A stretch of 64,000 nucleotides of DNA from Candidatus Limnocylindria bacterium (GTDB lineage: Bacteria; Chloroflexota; Limnocylindria; Limnocylindrales; CSP1-4). A program made the position numbers and the translations under genes. The notes under the pieces were generated by a model that was not told the DNA's origin, ran no database searches, and saw only the letters and a program-made list of their open reading frames with translations. The DNA lies in NCBI GenBank assembly GCA_035525825.1, contig DATLDP010000078.1, forward strand, positions 30,349-94,348, in the 5' to 3' direction. The number at the start of each line of letters is the position of its first letter. The first letter of the stretch is position 1. Below are positions 9,823 to 18,581 of this stretch, in pieces.

Positions 9823-11601
9823 CTACTCGGCCGAGATCAGGTAGCGGTAGTGGGGCTGGCCGCCGTGGAGGACCTCCACCTCCGCGCCGGTCCCGAGGTC
9901 GTGGATCCTTCGAGCGAGCTCTTCGGTCGTCTCAAGGTCGCCGCCGTCGCCGTAATAGATCGTGATCAGCTCGAAGCCGTCGCTCAGCGCCTTGATCGCC
10001 TCGAGCACGGCCGTCTGGGGCTCGTCGTGCACCGCGACGAGGCCGTCGTCGGGGTCGAGCGCGATCGTCTGGCCGAGGCGGACCTTCTTGCCCCCGATCG
10101 TTGCGTCCCGGACCGCCTCGGTCACGGACAGCGTCTGGATCCCTCGCCCTGCGGTGGTCATCTCGGGTGCGTTCTCGAGCGCGCCCTTGTCCGGATCGAG
10201 GGCGAGGAGCGCGGCGAAGCCCTCCGCGGCGTTGCGGGTTGCCACGACCGCGACCGGCCGATCGGTCATCGCGGCGACCTGACGCGCGGCGAGGACCACG
10301 TTCGGGTTGTTGGGCAGGAGGAGGACCTCGCGGGCGTCCACCGACTGGACCGCCTCGAGCAGCTCGCCGGTGCTCGGGTTGGCAGTCTGGCCGCCGTACA
10401 CGACACGGTGGACCCCGAAGTCGCGGAAGATCGCCGCCAGGCCCTCGCCCGCGGCGACGGCGACAACGGCCAGGGGGACCGTGGCCGCACCCGGCGCGGC
10501 CGGTGCCGACCCATTCGTCGAGCCATCGGTCGAAGCCTGCGCGGCGACGCCGTCGGTGCCGTCTGCCGCGAACGCAGCCGCCCGTGTCTCGCGGACATCG
10601 CTCGTCTGGAGGTCGAGGTTCTCGATCGTGATCTTCGAGAGCTGGCCGCCGAGCCCGAGGGCATAGGCCAGGACCTGGTCGGGCCGCTCGTTGTGGATGT
10701 GGACCTTGATCGCGCGGCCATCGCCGGCCACCAGGACCGATTCGCCGATCGATTCGTAGTGGACCCGGATTGCGTCGACATCGAGGCTGTTGCCCGGTGC
10801 CGCCCGGGCCAGGAACATCGTCTCGAACCCGAAACCCTCGTCGCGCATCCCGGCGCCGGGCGGGGCGCCGTGGTGGGCACCGGACATCGCTGGAGGCGCA
10901 TGCCCTGCGGCTGCCGCTGCCGCGGCGGCCGCAGCCACGTTTGCGCCCGCGGGAGCAAGTCGCGGCGCCGAGATCGTGACCGCGCCGGTGAGGAACGCGT
11001 TCGCCCCTTCCATGAGGCGGAAGAGGCCCTGCCCGCCCGAGTCCACGACGCCGGCCTCGCGCAGGATCGGCAGGAGGGATGGCGTCTTCGCCACCGCGGC
11101 GTGGGCCGCCTTGAGCGTGCCGCCCATCACGGCGTCCAGCGTCCGCTCGCGCTCGGCGGCCGTCACGGCCGCCGACGAGGCTTCCCGGATGACCGTGAGG
11201 ATCGTGCCCTCGACGGGCTTCGCGACGGCGCCGTAGGCCGCTTTCGTCCCCTGGTCCAGCGCGTTCGCGAGGTCCAGCGCGTTGAACCTGGTCTTCCCCG
11301 CCAGGCCTTCGGCAAGGCCGCGCAGGATCTGGCTCGTGATCACGCCTGAGTTGCCCCGCGCCCCCATCAGCGCCCCAAAGGCGGCGGCGGCGGCGACGCG
11401 CTCGGCGGACACCGTCGGCCCGAGCGCCTCGGCCTCCGCGAGCGCCGCTCGCACGGTGGCCATCATGTTCGAGCCCGTGTCGCCGTCGGGCACGGGGAAG
11501 ACGTTGAGGGCGTTGACCTCGTCGACGCTCGCCTCGAGGCCCGCCACCGCCGCCCGGAACGCGCCGAGCAGGCCGGCGCCGTCGCACGATCGGCGGACCA
11601 T
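9823..11601 (-). CDS. DAK2 domain fusion protein YloV (DegV/Dak family)
   Basis: NALNVFPVPDGDTGSNM motif and a long DAK2/DegV-like body. ATG at 11601 verified. Conserved yloV-recG adjacency. Confidence 0.85.
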   Translation of the reverse strand: MVRRSCDGAGLLGAFRAAVAGLEASVDEVNALNVFPVPDGDTGSNMMATVRAALAEAEALGPTVSAERVAAAAAFGALMGARGNSGVITSQILRGLAEGLAGKTRFNALDLANALDQGTKAAYGAVAKPVEGTILTVIREASSAAVTAAERERTLDAVMGGTLKAAHAAVAKTPSLLPILREAGVVDSGGQGLFRLMEGANAFLTGAVTISAPRLAPAGANVAAAAAAAAAAGHAPPAMSGAHHGAPPGAGMRDEGFGFETMFLARAAPGNSLDVDAIRVHYESIGESVLVAGDGRAIKVHIHNERPDQVLAYALGLGGQLSKITIENLDLQTSDVRETRAAAFAADGTDGVAAQASTDGSTNGSAPAAPGAATVPLAVVAVAAGEGLAAIFRDFGVHRVVYGGQTANPSTGELLEAVQSVDAREVLLLPNNPNVVLAARQVAAMTDRPVAVVATRNAAEGFAALLALDPDKGALENAPEMTTAGRGIQTLSVTEAVRDATIGGKKVRLGQTIALDPDDGLVAVHDEPQTAVLEAIKALSDGFELITIYYGDGGDLETTEELARRIHDLGTGAEVEVLHGGQPHYRYLISAE

Positions 11602-12034
11602 CAGCGAGTGCTCCACCGGGGACGTCCGTGCCGCTGTCCGCCAGGTCCGACGGGCCGAGCTCGGGGTGCGGGCGCGGATGGGGCGGTTCCCCGCCGGGGT
11701 GGAGCTCCAGGCGGGCGACCCGGATGGAGAGCTGAGCCACCTCTCGCCCGAGCGCGGTCCGGATCGCGTGGCGAACGGCCAGGTCCACCTGCCGGGCGAC
11801 CTCCGCGATCGGAAGACCATGCGCAACCCGGAGGTGGAGGCGGATCGACAGGCTTCCGCCCGCAACCGAGACGCGGAGGCCGCCGGGTCGCTGTTCGATC
11901 CAGCCGAGGACGCGATCCGCCCAGTTGCCGGCGAACCCGGCAACCCCGTACGAGCCGAGCGTCACCCCTCGAACGATGTCGATCACCGCGCGGCGGGTCA
12001 CGAGCGCCCGCCCGGCGATGGGTTGCTTCGGCAC
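11601..12034 (-). CDS. Asp23/YloU-like protein; no in-frame stop in this assembly (possible frameshift), 3' end uncertain
   Basis: In the frame of ORF 9932..12193: VIDIVRGVTLGSYGVAGFAG...LRVSVAGGSLSIRLHLRVAHGLPIAEVARQVDLAVRHAIRTALGREVAQLSIRVARLE matches the Asp23 family. Candidate GTG start at 12034. That frame then runs open for 2 kb across yloV. Confidence 0.5.
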
Positions 12035-12084
12035 CGACCCTCCCTGCTGCGCCGCGCGAGGCGCGCCTCCGACGCAAGCCTGCC

Positions 12085-12130
12085 CGCTGGCGCGAGCTCC
12101 CGGGATGGCCCGGGGTGCGTGGTATAGTAC
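12085..12130 (+). promoter_or_regulatory. Candidate extended -10 promoter (TGgTATAGT) for rpmB
   Basis: tggtatagt at about 12120-12128 is an AT-rich island in otherwise high-GC DNA, about 65 nt upstream of the rpmB ATG. Confidence 0.35.
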
Positions 12131-12193
12131 CGCCCCGTTCAGGCCGGACAGGCCCGGACGCCCTCCCTGATCATCCCGAGGTTCATCACCCAA

Positions 12194-12394
12194 ATGGCTC
12201 GTTCCTGCGCGGTCTGCGGCAAGGTCTCCATGGGCGGCTTCAACCCCCAGTCATCCGGCTCCAACCGGGTGCGCGCCCATCGCCGCTACCAGCCGAACCT
12301 CCAGCCCACGATGCTCTCCAAGGACGGCGGCACGCCCACGCGCGAGCTCGTCTGCACCCGCTGCCGGCGGACCGCGACGAAGTCCGCCCGCTAG
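12194..12394 (+). CDS. rpmB: 50S ribosomal protein L28
   Basis: MARSCAVCGKVSMGGFN...RRYQPNL..., L28 signature. Divergent from asp23-yloV as in Bacillus. Confidence 0.9.
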   Translation: MARSCAVCGKVSMGGFNPQSSGSNRVRAHRRYQPNLQPTMLSKDGGTPTRELVCTRCRRTATKSAR

Positions 12395-12416
12395 GCGACA
12401 TTCGCCCGGACGCCCT

Positions 12417-12783
12417 GGTGGCGCATCGGGTCATCGCGGTCCTCCTGGCCACGGCGGGGCTCCTGGTCCTCCCGTTCCATCCCCTGACGTCGTTTGTCCT
12501 CTTCGTGGCAATGGCGGCCGTCCTGGTGAACGCCCGTGGCGCATTCGGTCAGGGCATGTCCCCGGTACTCCTGGCGTTCATCTCGTCGCTCTTCCTGGTG
12601 CTCGGCGGCGCCGCGCTCACCCTCGTCGGGCTCATCCCGGCGGGCCTGCCGTGCGAACCACCGGACTGCCGGACCGGCCCCGGGAACTTCCTCCTCTGGC
12701 CGGGTCTCCTGCTGCTCGGGGGCGGACTCGGATTGTTCGCCTGGTCGGTGGTGTGGGCCTTGCGGTGGAGGCGGCAGTGGTGA
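12417..12783 (+). CDS. Small hypothetical membrane protein (3-4 predicted TM helices)
   Basis: Hydrophobic ORF in the C-terminal frame of track ORF 11608..12783. Candidate GTG start at about 12417. Its stop overlaps the methyltransferase start (GTGA). Confidence 0.4.
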
Positions 12784-13526
12784 GCGACGACGGCTTCTTC
12801 GACGAGCGGGTGGCCCGCCGCTACGACCAGTCCAACGACCCCGAGTTCGATCCCGAGACGATCCGATCGACGGTCGACCTGCTCGAGGAGCTGGCCGACC
12901 GCGGGTCCGCGCTTGAGCTGGGCATCGGCACGGGTCGGATCGCCGTCCCACTGGCCGCCCGGGGGATCCGCGTCAGCGGGATCGACCGGTCGCGGGCGAT
13001 GGTCAGGCGCCTCCGGGCCAAGCCGGGCGGTCGCGACATCGAGGTCACGATCGGCGACTTCTCGACCGCGACCGTTGGGAGCCCCGGGACGTTCTCGCTG
13101 GCCTACCTCGTCTTCAACACCATCCTCAACCTGACCACGCAGGCCGCCCAGGTCGCGTGCTTCCGGAATGTCGCCCGGCATCTCCGGCCCGGCGGTCGGT
13201 TCGTGATCGAGGTCGGCATCCCGGAGCTCCGACGGCTGCCGCCGGGCGAAACCGTCCTGCCGTTCCTCGTCGGCGACACCCGCTGGGGCTTCGACGAGTA
13301 CGACGTTGCCAACCAGGGGCTGACCTCCCACCATTTCGAGATGGTCGGCGACCGTGTCCAACGGCTGTCCGTGCCGTTCCGCTACGTCTGGCCGTCCGAG
13401 CTCGACCTCATGGCGGCGATGGCCGGGATGCGGCTCGCGGACCGCTGGGCCGGCTGGAGCCGCGAGCCCTTCACCAGCGAGAGCCGCCAGCATGTCTCCG
13501 TATGGGAGTTGGCCCCTAGCCGCTGA
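12780..13526 (+). CDS. Class I SAM-dependent methyltransferase
   Basis: ALELGIGTGRIAVPLAARGIRVSGIDRS (GxGxG SAM-binding motif I) and the downstream D/E acidic loop. Start inferred at GTG overlapping the upstream stop. Confidence 0.7.
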   Translation: MSDDGFFDERVARRYDQSNDPEFDPETIRSTVDLLEELADRGSALELGIGTGRIAVPLAARGIRVSGIDRSRAMVRRLRAKPGGRDIEVTIGDFSTATVGSPGTFSLAYLVFNTILNLTTQAAQVACFRNVARHLRPGGRFVIEVGIPELRRLPPGETVLPFLVGDTRWGFDEYDVANQGLTSHHFEMVGDRVQRLSVPFRYVWPSELDLMAAMAGMRLADRWAGWSREPFTSESRQHVSVWELAPSR

Positions 13527-13977
13527 CCGCCCTGACGTCGGTGTCCAACCAGATCGTGAACGGTCCGTCGTTCACGAGCTCGACGGCCATCTCGCTCCCG
13601 AACGACCCCGTCTGGACATCCGCCACGCCGGCGGCCCGGAGCGCCGCGGCGAAGCGCTGGTAGAGCTGGTCCGCGAGGTCCGGTGGCGCCGCGCCGGTGA
13701 ACCCGGGGCGGCGACCTCGGCTGGTATCGGCGTACAGCGTGAACTGGCTGACCACGAGCGCCGCGCCGGCGATGTCCAGGATGGAGCGATTGGTCCGATC
13801 TTCCGCGTCCGCGAAGATCCGCAGCTCGGTGACGCGCCGGGCAAGGCCGTCGGCAACGGCGTCGTCATCGGTGTGGCCGACTCCGAGCAGGATCAGGAGC
13901 CCCGGGCCAACGGCGGCGATCTGGTGCCCGCCCGTCGCGACCGAGGCTCGAGACACGCGCTGGAGCAGCGCTCGCAC
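13516..13977 (-). CDS. dtd: D-aminoacyl-tRNA deacylase
   Basis: VRALLQRVS...GLLILLGVGHTDD...VVSQFTLYADTSRGRRPGF...NDGPFTIWLD matches Dtd. GTG start verified at 13977. Confidence 0.85.
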   Translation of the reverse strand: MRALLQRVSRASVATGGHQIAAVGPGLLILLGVGHTDDDAVADGLARRVTELRIFADAEDRTNRSILDIAGAALVVSQFTLYADTSRGRRPGFTGAAPPDLADQLYQRFAAALRAAGVADVQTGSFGSEMAVELVNDGPFTIWLDTDVRAVSG

Positions 13978-13978
13978 G

Positions 13979-15022
13979 TCAGGCCGGCGAGCGCGGGGCG
14001 GGCGCCGGCGCGGCGCCTCGGTCGGAATCCCCGGCACGGGTGAGCTCGAGGACCGTGCGGCGCTTGGCGAATCGTTCCGTCGCCGCTGCCTCCGCGGACG
14101 TCGGGATGAGGAGGTCCCAGCGCCGGACCTCGTCGTCCATGTCTGCCGGGTCCTCGCGCGAGCGGAACAGCAGCACCGGGATACCCGCCGCCTCGACCTC
14201 GTCGCGGAGCGTTCGGGCATGCGCCCGCTGGAGCGTCGCGAACGTCGTCATGCTGTCGCGCGGGATCGGCGGCACACCGCCATTCAGCCCGAACTGGTAG
14301 CCCTCGTCGGCGAGCGCCCGCAGGAGGCGAATCTCGCGGGCCATGTCGCGGCCCTTGAGCCACAGCGCCGAGCCGACGACGAGGATGTCCACGCCGAGCG
14401 ACCCCACGAGCTCCGCCGTGTCCCGGTTGACCCCGCCGTCGACGTGAATCTCGCCCCCGTGGAGCTTGTGGGAGAGGTACTCGCGCGCCTGGAGGAGCTT
14501 GCCGCGGGCGATGTCCGGCATCAGCGCCTGCCCGCCGAAGCCCGGCTCGATGGTCATGATCATCACGATGTCCAGGAGCCGTCGGTAGGCCTCCAGGGCG
14601 GTCAGCGGGGTCTTGGGCTTCACGGCCAGGCCCGCCGCGCGGCCCGCGCCACGGATCGCCCGGAGCGTCGGCTCGATCGGCTCCTCGATCTCGACGTGAA
14701 TCGTCACGGAGTCGCAGCCGGCATCGAGGAACTCCTCGATGTACTGCCCGGGGTTGGCGATCATCAGGTGGGCGTCGAATGGGACGCGGGTCCGACGGCG
14801 GAGGGCCTTGATCATCTTCGCCCCGAAGGTGAGATTCGGGACGAAGTGGCCGTCCATCACGTCGAGGTGGATCCTGTCGGCGCCCTCGCGCTCGGCGCGA
14901 ACGACCGCGTGGGCGAGGTTCCCGAGATCCGCGTCGAGGATGCTCGCAGCGATCCGGGCGCGGGCCGTCGAGACCTGGTCGCGGGTCGCGGCGACGCCTC
15001 GGCGCGGCGGCTCGCGCCTCAT
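13979..15022 (-). CDS. rpe: Ribulose-phosphate 3-epimerase with a roughly 125-aa C-terminal extension of unknown function
   Basis: ARIAASILDADLGNLAHAV...IHLDVMDGHFVPNLTFG...GGVNRDT are Rpe motifs. ATG at 15022 (ATGA overlap with rlmN). The frame stays open past the Rpe domain for about 125 aa. Confidence 0.8.
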   Translation of the reverse strand: MRREPPRRGVAATRDQVSTARARIAASILDADLGNLAHAVVRAEREGADRIHLDVMDGHFVPNLTFGAKMIKALRRRTRVPFDAHLMIANPGQYIEEFLDAGCDSVTIHVEIEEPIEPTLRAIRGAGRAAGLAVKPKTPLTALEAYRRLLDIVMIMTIEPGFGGQALMPDIARGKLLQAREYLSHKLHGGEIHVDGGVNRDTAELVGSLGVDILVVGSALWLKGRDMAREIRLLRALADEGYQFGLNGGVPPIPRDSMTTFATLQRAHARTLRDEVEAAGIPVLLFRSREDPADMDDEVRRWDLLIPTSAEAAATERFAKRRTVLELTRAGDSDRGAAPAPAPRSPA

Positions 15023-16236
15023 CGGTCCACCCCGGCGGGAACCGGCTCGTTGCTGCGCTCGCCGAGGAGCGCGCGGGCGCTCTCCGCCTCGAGCCGGCGG
15101 CGACGACGGGCGACGGCCGGGGCCGCCGGTTCCCCTGCCCGCTCGGCCGCGAGCTGGCCGCACGCGGCGCCGATCTCCTGGCCCCGGTTCCGGCGGATCG
15201 TCACGGAGATGCCCTCGGCCCGGACGCGCTCGGCAAACCGCTCGATCACCGGCATCGGGCTCGCCTGCCACGGCGTGTGGGCGACCGGGTTCATCGGGAT
15301 CAGGTTGACGTGGGCGAGGTCGCCGCGTAGGAGGTTCGCGAGGGCCTCGGCGTCGGCCTCGGTGTCGTTGACGCCGCCGATCATCGTGACCTCGTAGCTG
15401 ATCCGCCGGCCCGTCGCGCGGGCGTGATCGCGGGCCGCCGCGACGACCTCGGCGACCGGCCAGCGCCGGTTCAGCGGCACGAGGACGTCACGCAGGGCGT
15501 CGCGGGCCGCGTGGAGCGAGACCGCGAGGGTGAACTGGGGCCCGAGCGCGGTCAGGCGACGAATGCCCGGGACCACGCCCGACGTCGAGACCGTGATGTG
15601 TCGCGCGCCGAGCCCGAGGCGCGCCGGGTCGTTGAGCGCCGCGACGGCCTCCAGCACCCGATCGAGGTTGAGGAGCGGTTCGCCCATGCCCATGAAGACG
15701 ATGTTGGTGAGGTGCGCCCCGTCCTCGCGGGCCGAGAGCCGCCGGACGGCGGCACGGACCTGGTCGAGGATCTCGGCGGTCTCGAGGTCGCGACCGAACC
15801 CGAGCTCGCCGGTCGCACAGAAGGGACAGCCGACCGCGCAACCGCCCTGACTGGAGATGCAGAGCGTGTGCCGGGCCTTCTGACCGGGCCGAGCCGGGTA
15901 GTGCATCAGGACCGACTCGATCGTCGAGCCGTCCGCCAGCCGGTGGAGCGTCTTCTCGGTCTGGCCGCCGTCGGCGAGGATCACCGCCTCGTCCTCGACA
16001 GTGGACCAGCGGAACGATCCTTCCAGGCTCGCGACCAGATGCCGCGGGAGGGTGGTCACCTCGGTGGCCGCCCCGGCGCTGCCGCGCCAGACGGCGTCCA
16101 GGATCTGGCGAGCCCGATAGCCGGCCTCACCGTTCGCCTGGAGCCACGACTCGAGCTCCGCGGGTTCCAGCCCCGACAGACCCGGGCGCCGGTCGGTCGC
16201 CGGGGCGGCGAGGTCGAGCACCGGGAGCCTGGTCAC
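15019..16236 (-). CDS. rlmN: 23S rRNA/tRNA m2A methyltransferase RlmN (radical SAM)
   Basis: CISSQGGCAVGCPFCATG radical-SAM cysteine motif and the RlmN C-terminal region. GTGA overlap with the upstream gene. Confidence 0.9.
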   Translation of the reverse strand: MTRLPVLDLAAPATDRRPGLSGLEPAELESWLQANGEAGYRARQILDAVWRGSAGAATEVTTLPRHLVASLEGSFRWSTVEDEAVILADGGQTEKTLHRLADGSTIESVLMHYPARPGQKARHTLCISSQGGCAVGCPFCATGELGFGRDLETAEILDQVRAAVRRLSAREDGAHLTNIVFMGMGEPLLNLDRVLEAVAALNDPARLGLGARHITVSTSGVVPGIRRLTALGPQFTLAVSLHAARDALRDVLVPLNRRWPVAEVVAAARDHARATGRRISYEVTMIGGVNDTEADAEALANLLRGDLAHVNLIPMNPVAHTPWQASPMPVIERFAERVRAEGISVTIRRNRGQEIGAACGQLAAERAGEPAAPAVARRRRRLEAESARALLGERSNEPVPAGVDR

Positions 16237-18581
16237 GACGGGCCGATCTCCTTGTCGACGGCGCGCCCGTCCCGATCGAGCAGCGCTCGCCAAACCCGGG
16301 GCCGGCTCATCGGGAGCGCCCGCAGCCGGATGTCCGCCGCGGCCGCGATGGCGTTCGCGATGGCCGCCGCTCCGGCGATGACCGGCGCCTCGCCGATGCC
16401 CTTGGCTCCGAGAGGCCCGTCCGGAGCGGGCACCTCCACGCTGGTGGTCTCCAGGAATCCGATCTCCTCTGCCCGCGGGAGGGCGTAATCGAGGAACGTC
16501 CCGGAGAGGAGCTGGCCGTTGCCGTCGTGGACGAGCTGCTCGAGCGTCGCCCAGCCGATGGCCTGGGCCGCGGCCCCGTGCTGCTGCCCGGCGACGAGGG
16601 CCGAGTTCAGGACCCGGCCCACGTCCTGCACGACATGGTCCTTCAGCACCGTCACCGCGCCGGTCCCGCGATCCACCCGCACCCGGGCAACGTGGCCCGC
16701 GACCGACGGCGCCATGCTCGGCTCGTCTGCCCGGCCGTGGCCCTCCAGCGGCGCGCGCCCGGCGCGGGCGTGGCCGCGCACGAGCTTGGCGAGCGGGATC
16801 GCGCGCTCCGGCGTCCCGCGCGGGCGAACCGTGCCGTCGACCAGCTCGAGGTCCTCCACCGAGATCTCGAGCTGGAGGGCGGCCGCATCCAGCAGGCGCT
16901 CCGCGACCGCCTCGGCTGCCTTGTGGATCGCCCGTCCCGAGGAATACGTGATGGTGCTGCCACCGCTGCCCGGCGACGCCGGCGCGGCGCTCGAATCGAG
17001 GGTCTGGACCTGGACCACGGCCGGATCGACGCCGAGGATGTCCGCGACGATCGCCTGGAAGCCACCGGCGACGCCGGACATGTCCGCGACGCCGGTGAGG
17101 ACCTGCACGCTCCCGTCCGGCGACATCCGGCAGGCCGCGGCCGCCGCGTTCGTCGCGCCGGGCCAGTACCCGAGCGCCACCCCGACGCCCTCGACCAGAT
17201 CACCGGACTCACCCGGGCCGTTGGCGGCGGCGTCGGTCGCGGCGGACCTGCCGACCCAGGACGGCGCGGCCTCCAGCGCGTCGAGCACCTCGGCGGCTCC
17301 GTGGGGCGACCAGGATTCGCCATCCACGGTTGGCGAGCCCTCCGGGGCGAGGTTGCGCCGCCGGAGCTCGATCGGGTCCATGTCGAGCTCGCGAGCGACC
17401 TCATCGACGAGGGATTCGAGGGCGAAAGCCATCGGCGGCCCGCTCGGGGCGCGATACGCGCCCACGCCGAATCGGTTCGTGCGAACGCCGTACGCCCGGA
17501 TGTCGAAGGCCGGCCAGGCGTAGGGTCCGGCGAGGAGCACGCCGGCGAGAGACTCCGCGCTCCCCTCCTCGAACGCGCCCGCGTCAGCCACGACCTGCGC
17601 GGCCAGTCCGAGGAAGCGGCCCTCCGCGTCCGCGCCGATCCGGACCCATGTCGTGAACGGCTGCCCCGGGTTCGAGGCGGCGAAGTCCTCCGACCGCGTC
17701 GCCGCCAGCCGGACCGGCCGGCGGAGCTTGAGCGCCGCGGCCGCGACGAGCGTGTCGATGAGCGGCCATTTCCCACCGAACGCGCCGCCGAGCGGCGCGG
17801 CGATCGCCCGAACGCGGCGCTGGGGCAGACCGAGCGCCTTGGCGACCTCGTTGCGGGCGCCGAACAAGGCTTGGGTCGAGGTCTCGACGACGAGCGTGTC
17901 GTCCTCGTCCAGCCAGGCCGTGCAGGTCAGGGGCTCGAGATAGCCCTGGTGGATCCAGGCCGTGGTGAAGCGGCCCTCCCGGACCACCGCGGCACCGGCG
18001 AGCCCCGCGTCGACGTCCCCGTCGAGGTAGCGATACCGTCCCGTGACGTTCTCTGACAGGTCCTCGGCATCGATCGAGGTGTCGCCGCCGCCCCCGACGC
18101 CGGCGTGGGTCTGGGCGTCCATGGAGCCCGTCCGATCCGCATCGCCCGCCAGGTCGATCCGGGCCAGTGGCGCGCCCGGCTGCATCGCGGCCTCCGGATC
18201 CACCGCGGGGGGGAGCGCATCGAGGCGAACGTCGACCAGCTCCACGGCGTCTGCGGCGGCCTCGGGCGATCGGGCGACGACCATCGCGACGGGTTGTCCG
18301 CCGAAGACGACCTCACTGCGGGCGAGGGGCACGGACAGGCGATCCACGCCGTCGGTCTTGAGCGGCAGATCCTCGGCGACGAGGACGGCGACGACACCGG
18401 GAAGCGCGAGCGCCGCGGTCCGGTCGATGGACAGGATCCGGGCATGCGCCCGCGGCGCCAGCACGAGCCTGGCGTGGAGCAGGCCCTGGACGTGGCGGTC
18501 CGCGGCATAGCGGGTCGCTCCGCGGGCCTTGGCCGGCGTGTCGGGTCGCGGTCGCGGCGCGCCGACCGTGCTCGCGCTCAC
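16233..18581 (-). CDS. Xanthine dehydrogenase/aldehyde oxidase/CO-dehydrogenase family molybdopterin-binding large subunit (orphan)
   Basis: 782 aa with APLGGAFGGK and typical Mo-cofactor-binding domain sequence. No FAD or 2Fe-2S subunit genes nearby. Confidence 0.8.
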   Translation of the reverse strand: MSASTVGAPRPRPDTPAKARGATRYAADRHVQGLLHARLVLAPRAHARILSIDRTAALALPGVVAVLVAEDLPLKTDGVDRLSVPLARSEVVFGGQPVAMVVARSPEAAADAVELVDVRLDALPPAVDPEAAMQPGAPLARIDLAGDADRTGSMDAQTHAGVGGGGDTSIDAEDLSENVTGRYRYLDGDVDAGLAGAAVVREGRFTTAWIHQGYLEPLTCTAWLDEDDTLVVETSTQALFGARNEVAKALGLPQRRVRAIAAPLGGAFGGKWPLIDTLVAAAALKLRRPVRLAATRSEDFAASNPGQPFTTWVRIGADAEGRFLGLAAQVVADAGAFEEGSAESLAGVLLAGPYAWPAFDIRAYGVRTNRFGVGAYRAPSGPPMAFALESLVDEVARELDMDPIELRRRNLAPEGSPTVDGESWSPHGAAEVLDALEAAPSWVGRSAATDAAANGPGESGDLVEGVGVALGYWPGATNAAAAACRMSPDGSVQVLTGVADMSGVAGGFQAIVADILGVDPAVVQVQTLDSSAAPASPGSGGSTITYSSGRAIHKAAEAVAERLLDAAALQLEISVEDLELVDGTVRPRGTPERAIPLAKLVRGHARAGRAPLEGHGRADEPSMAPSVAGHVARVRVDRGTGAVTVLKDHVVQDVGRVLNSALVAGQQHGAAAQAIGWATLEQLVHDGNGQLLSGTFLDYALPRAEEIGFLETTSVEVPAPDGPLGAKGIGEAPVIAGAAAIANAIAAAADIRLRALPMSRPRVWRALLDRDGRAVDKEIGPS

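Noticed and set aside
9932-12193. 753-aa minus-strand ORF
   Set aside because: Only its first 175 codons (Asp23-like) are protein-like. The remainder is Arg-rich nonsense overlapping yloV in another frame, so it is reported as a probable frameshift rather than a giant gene.
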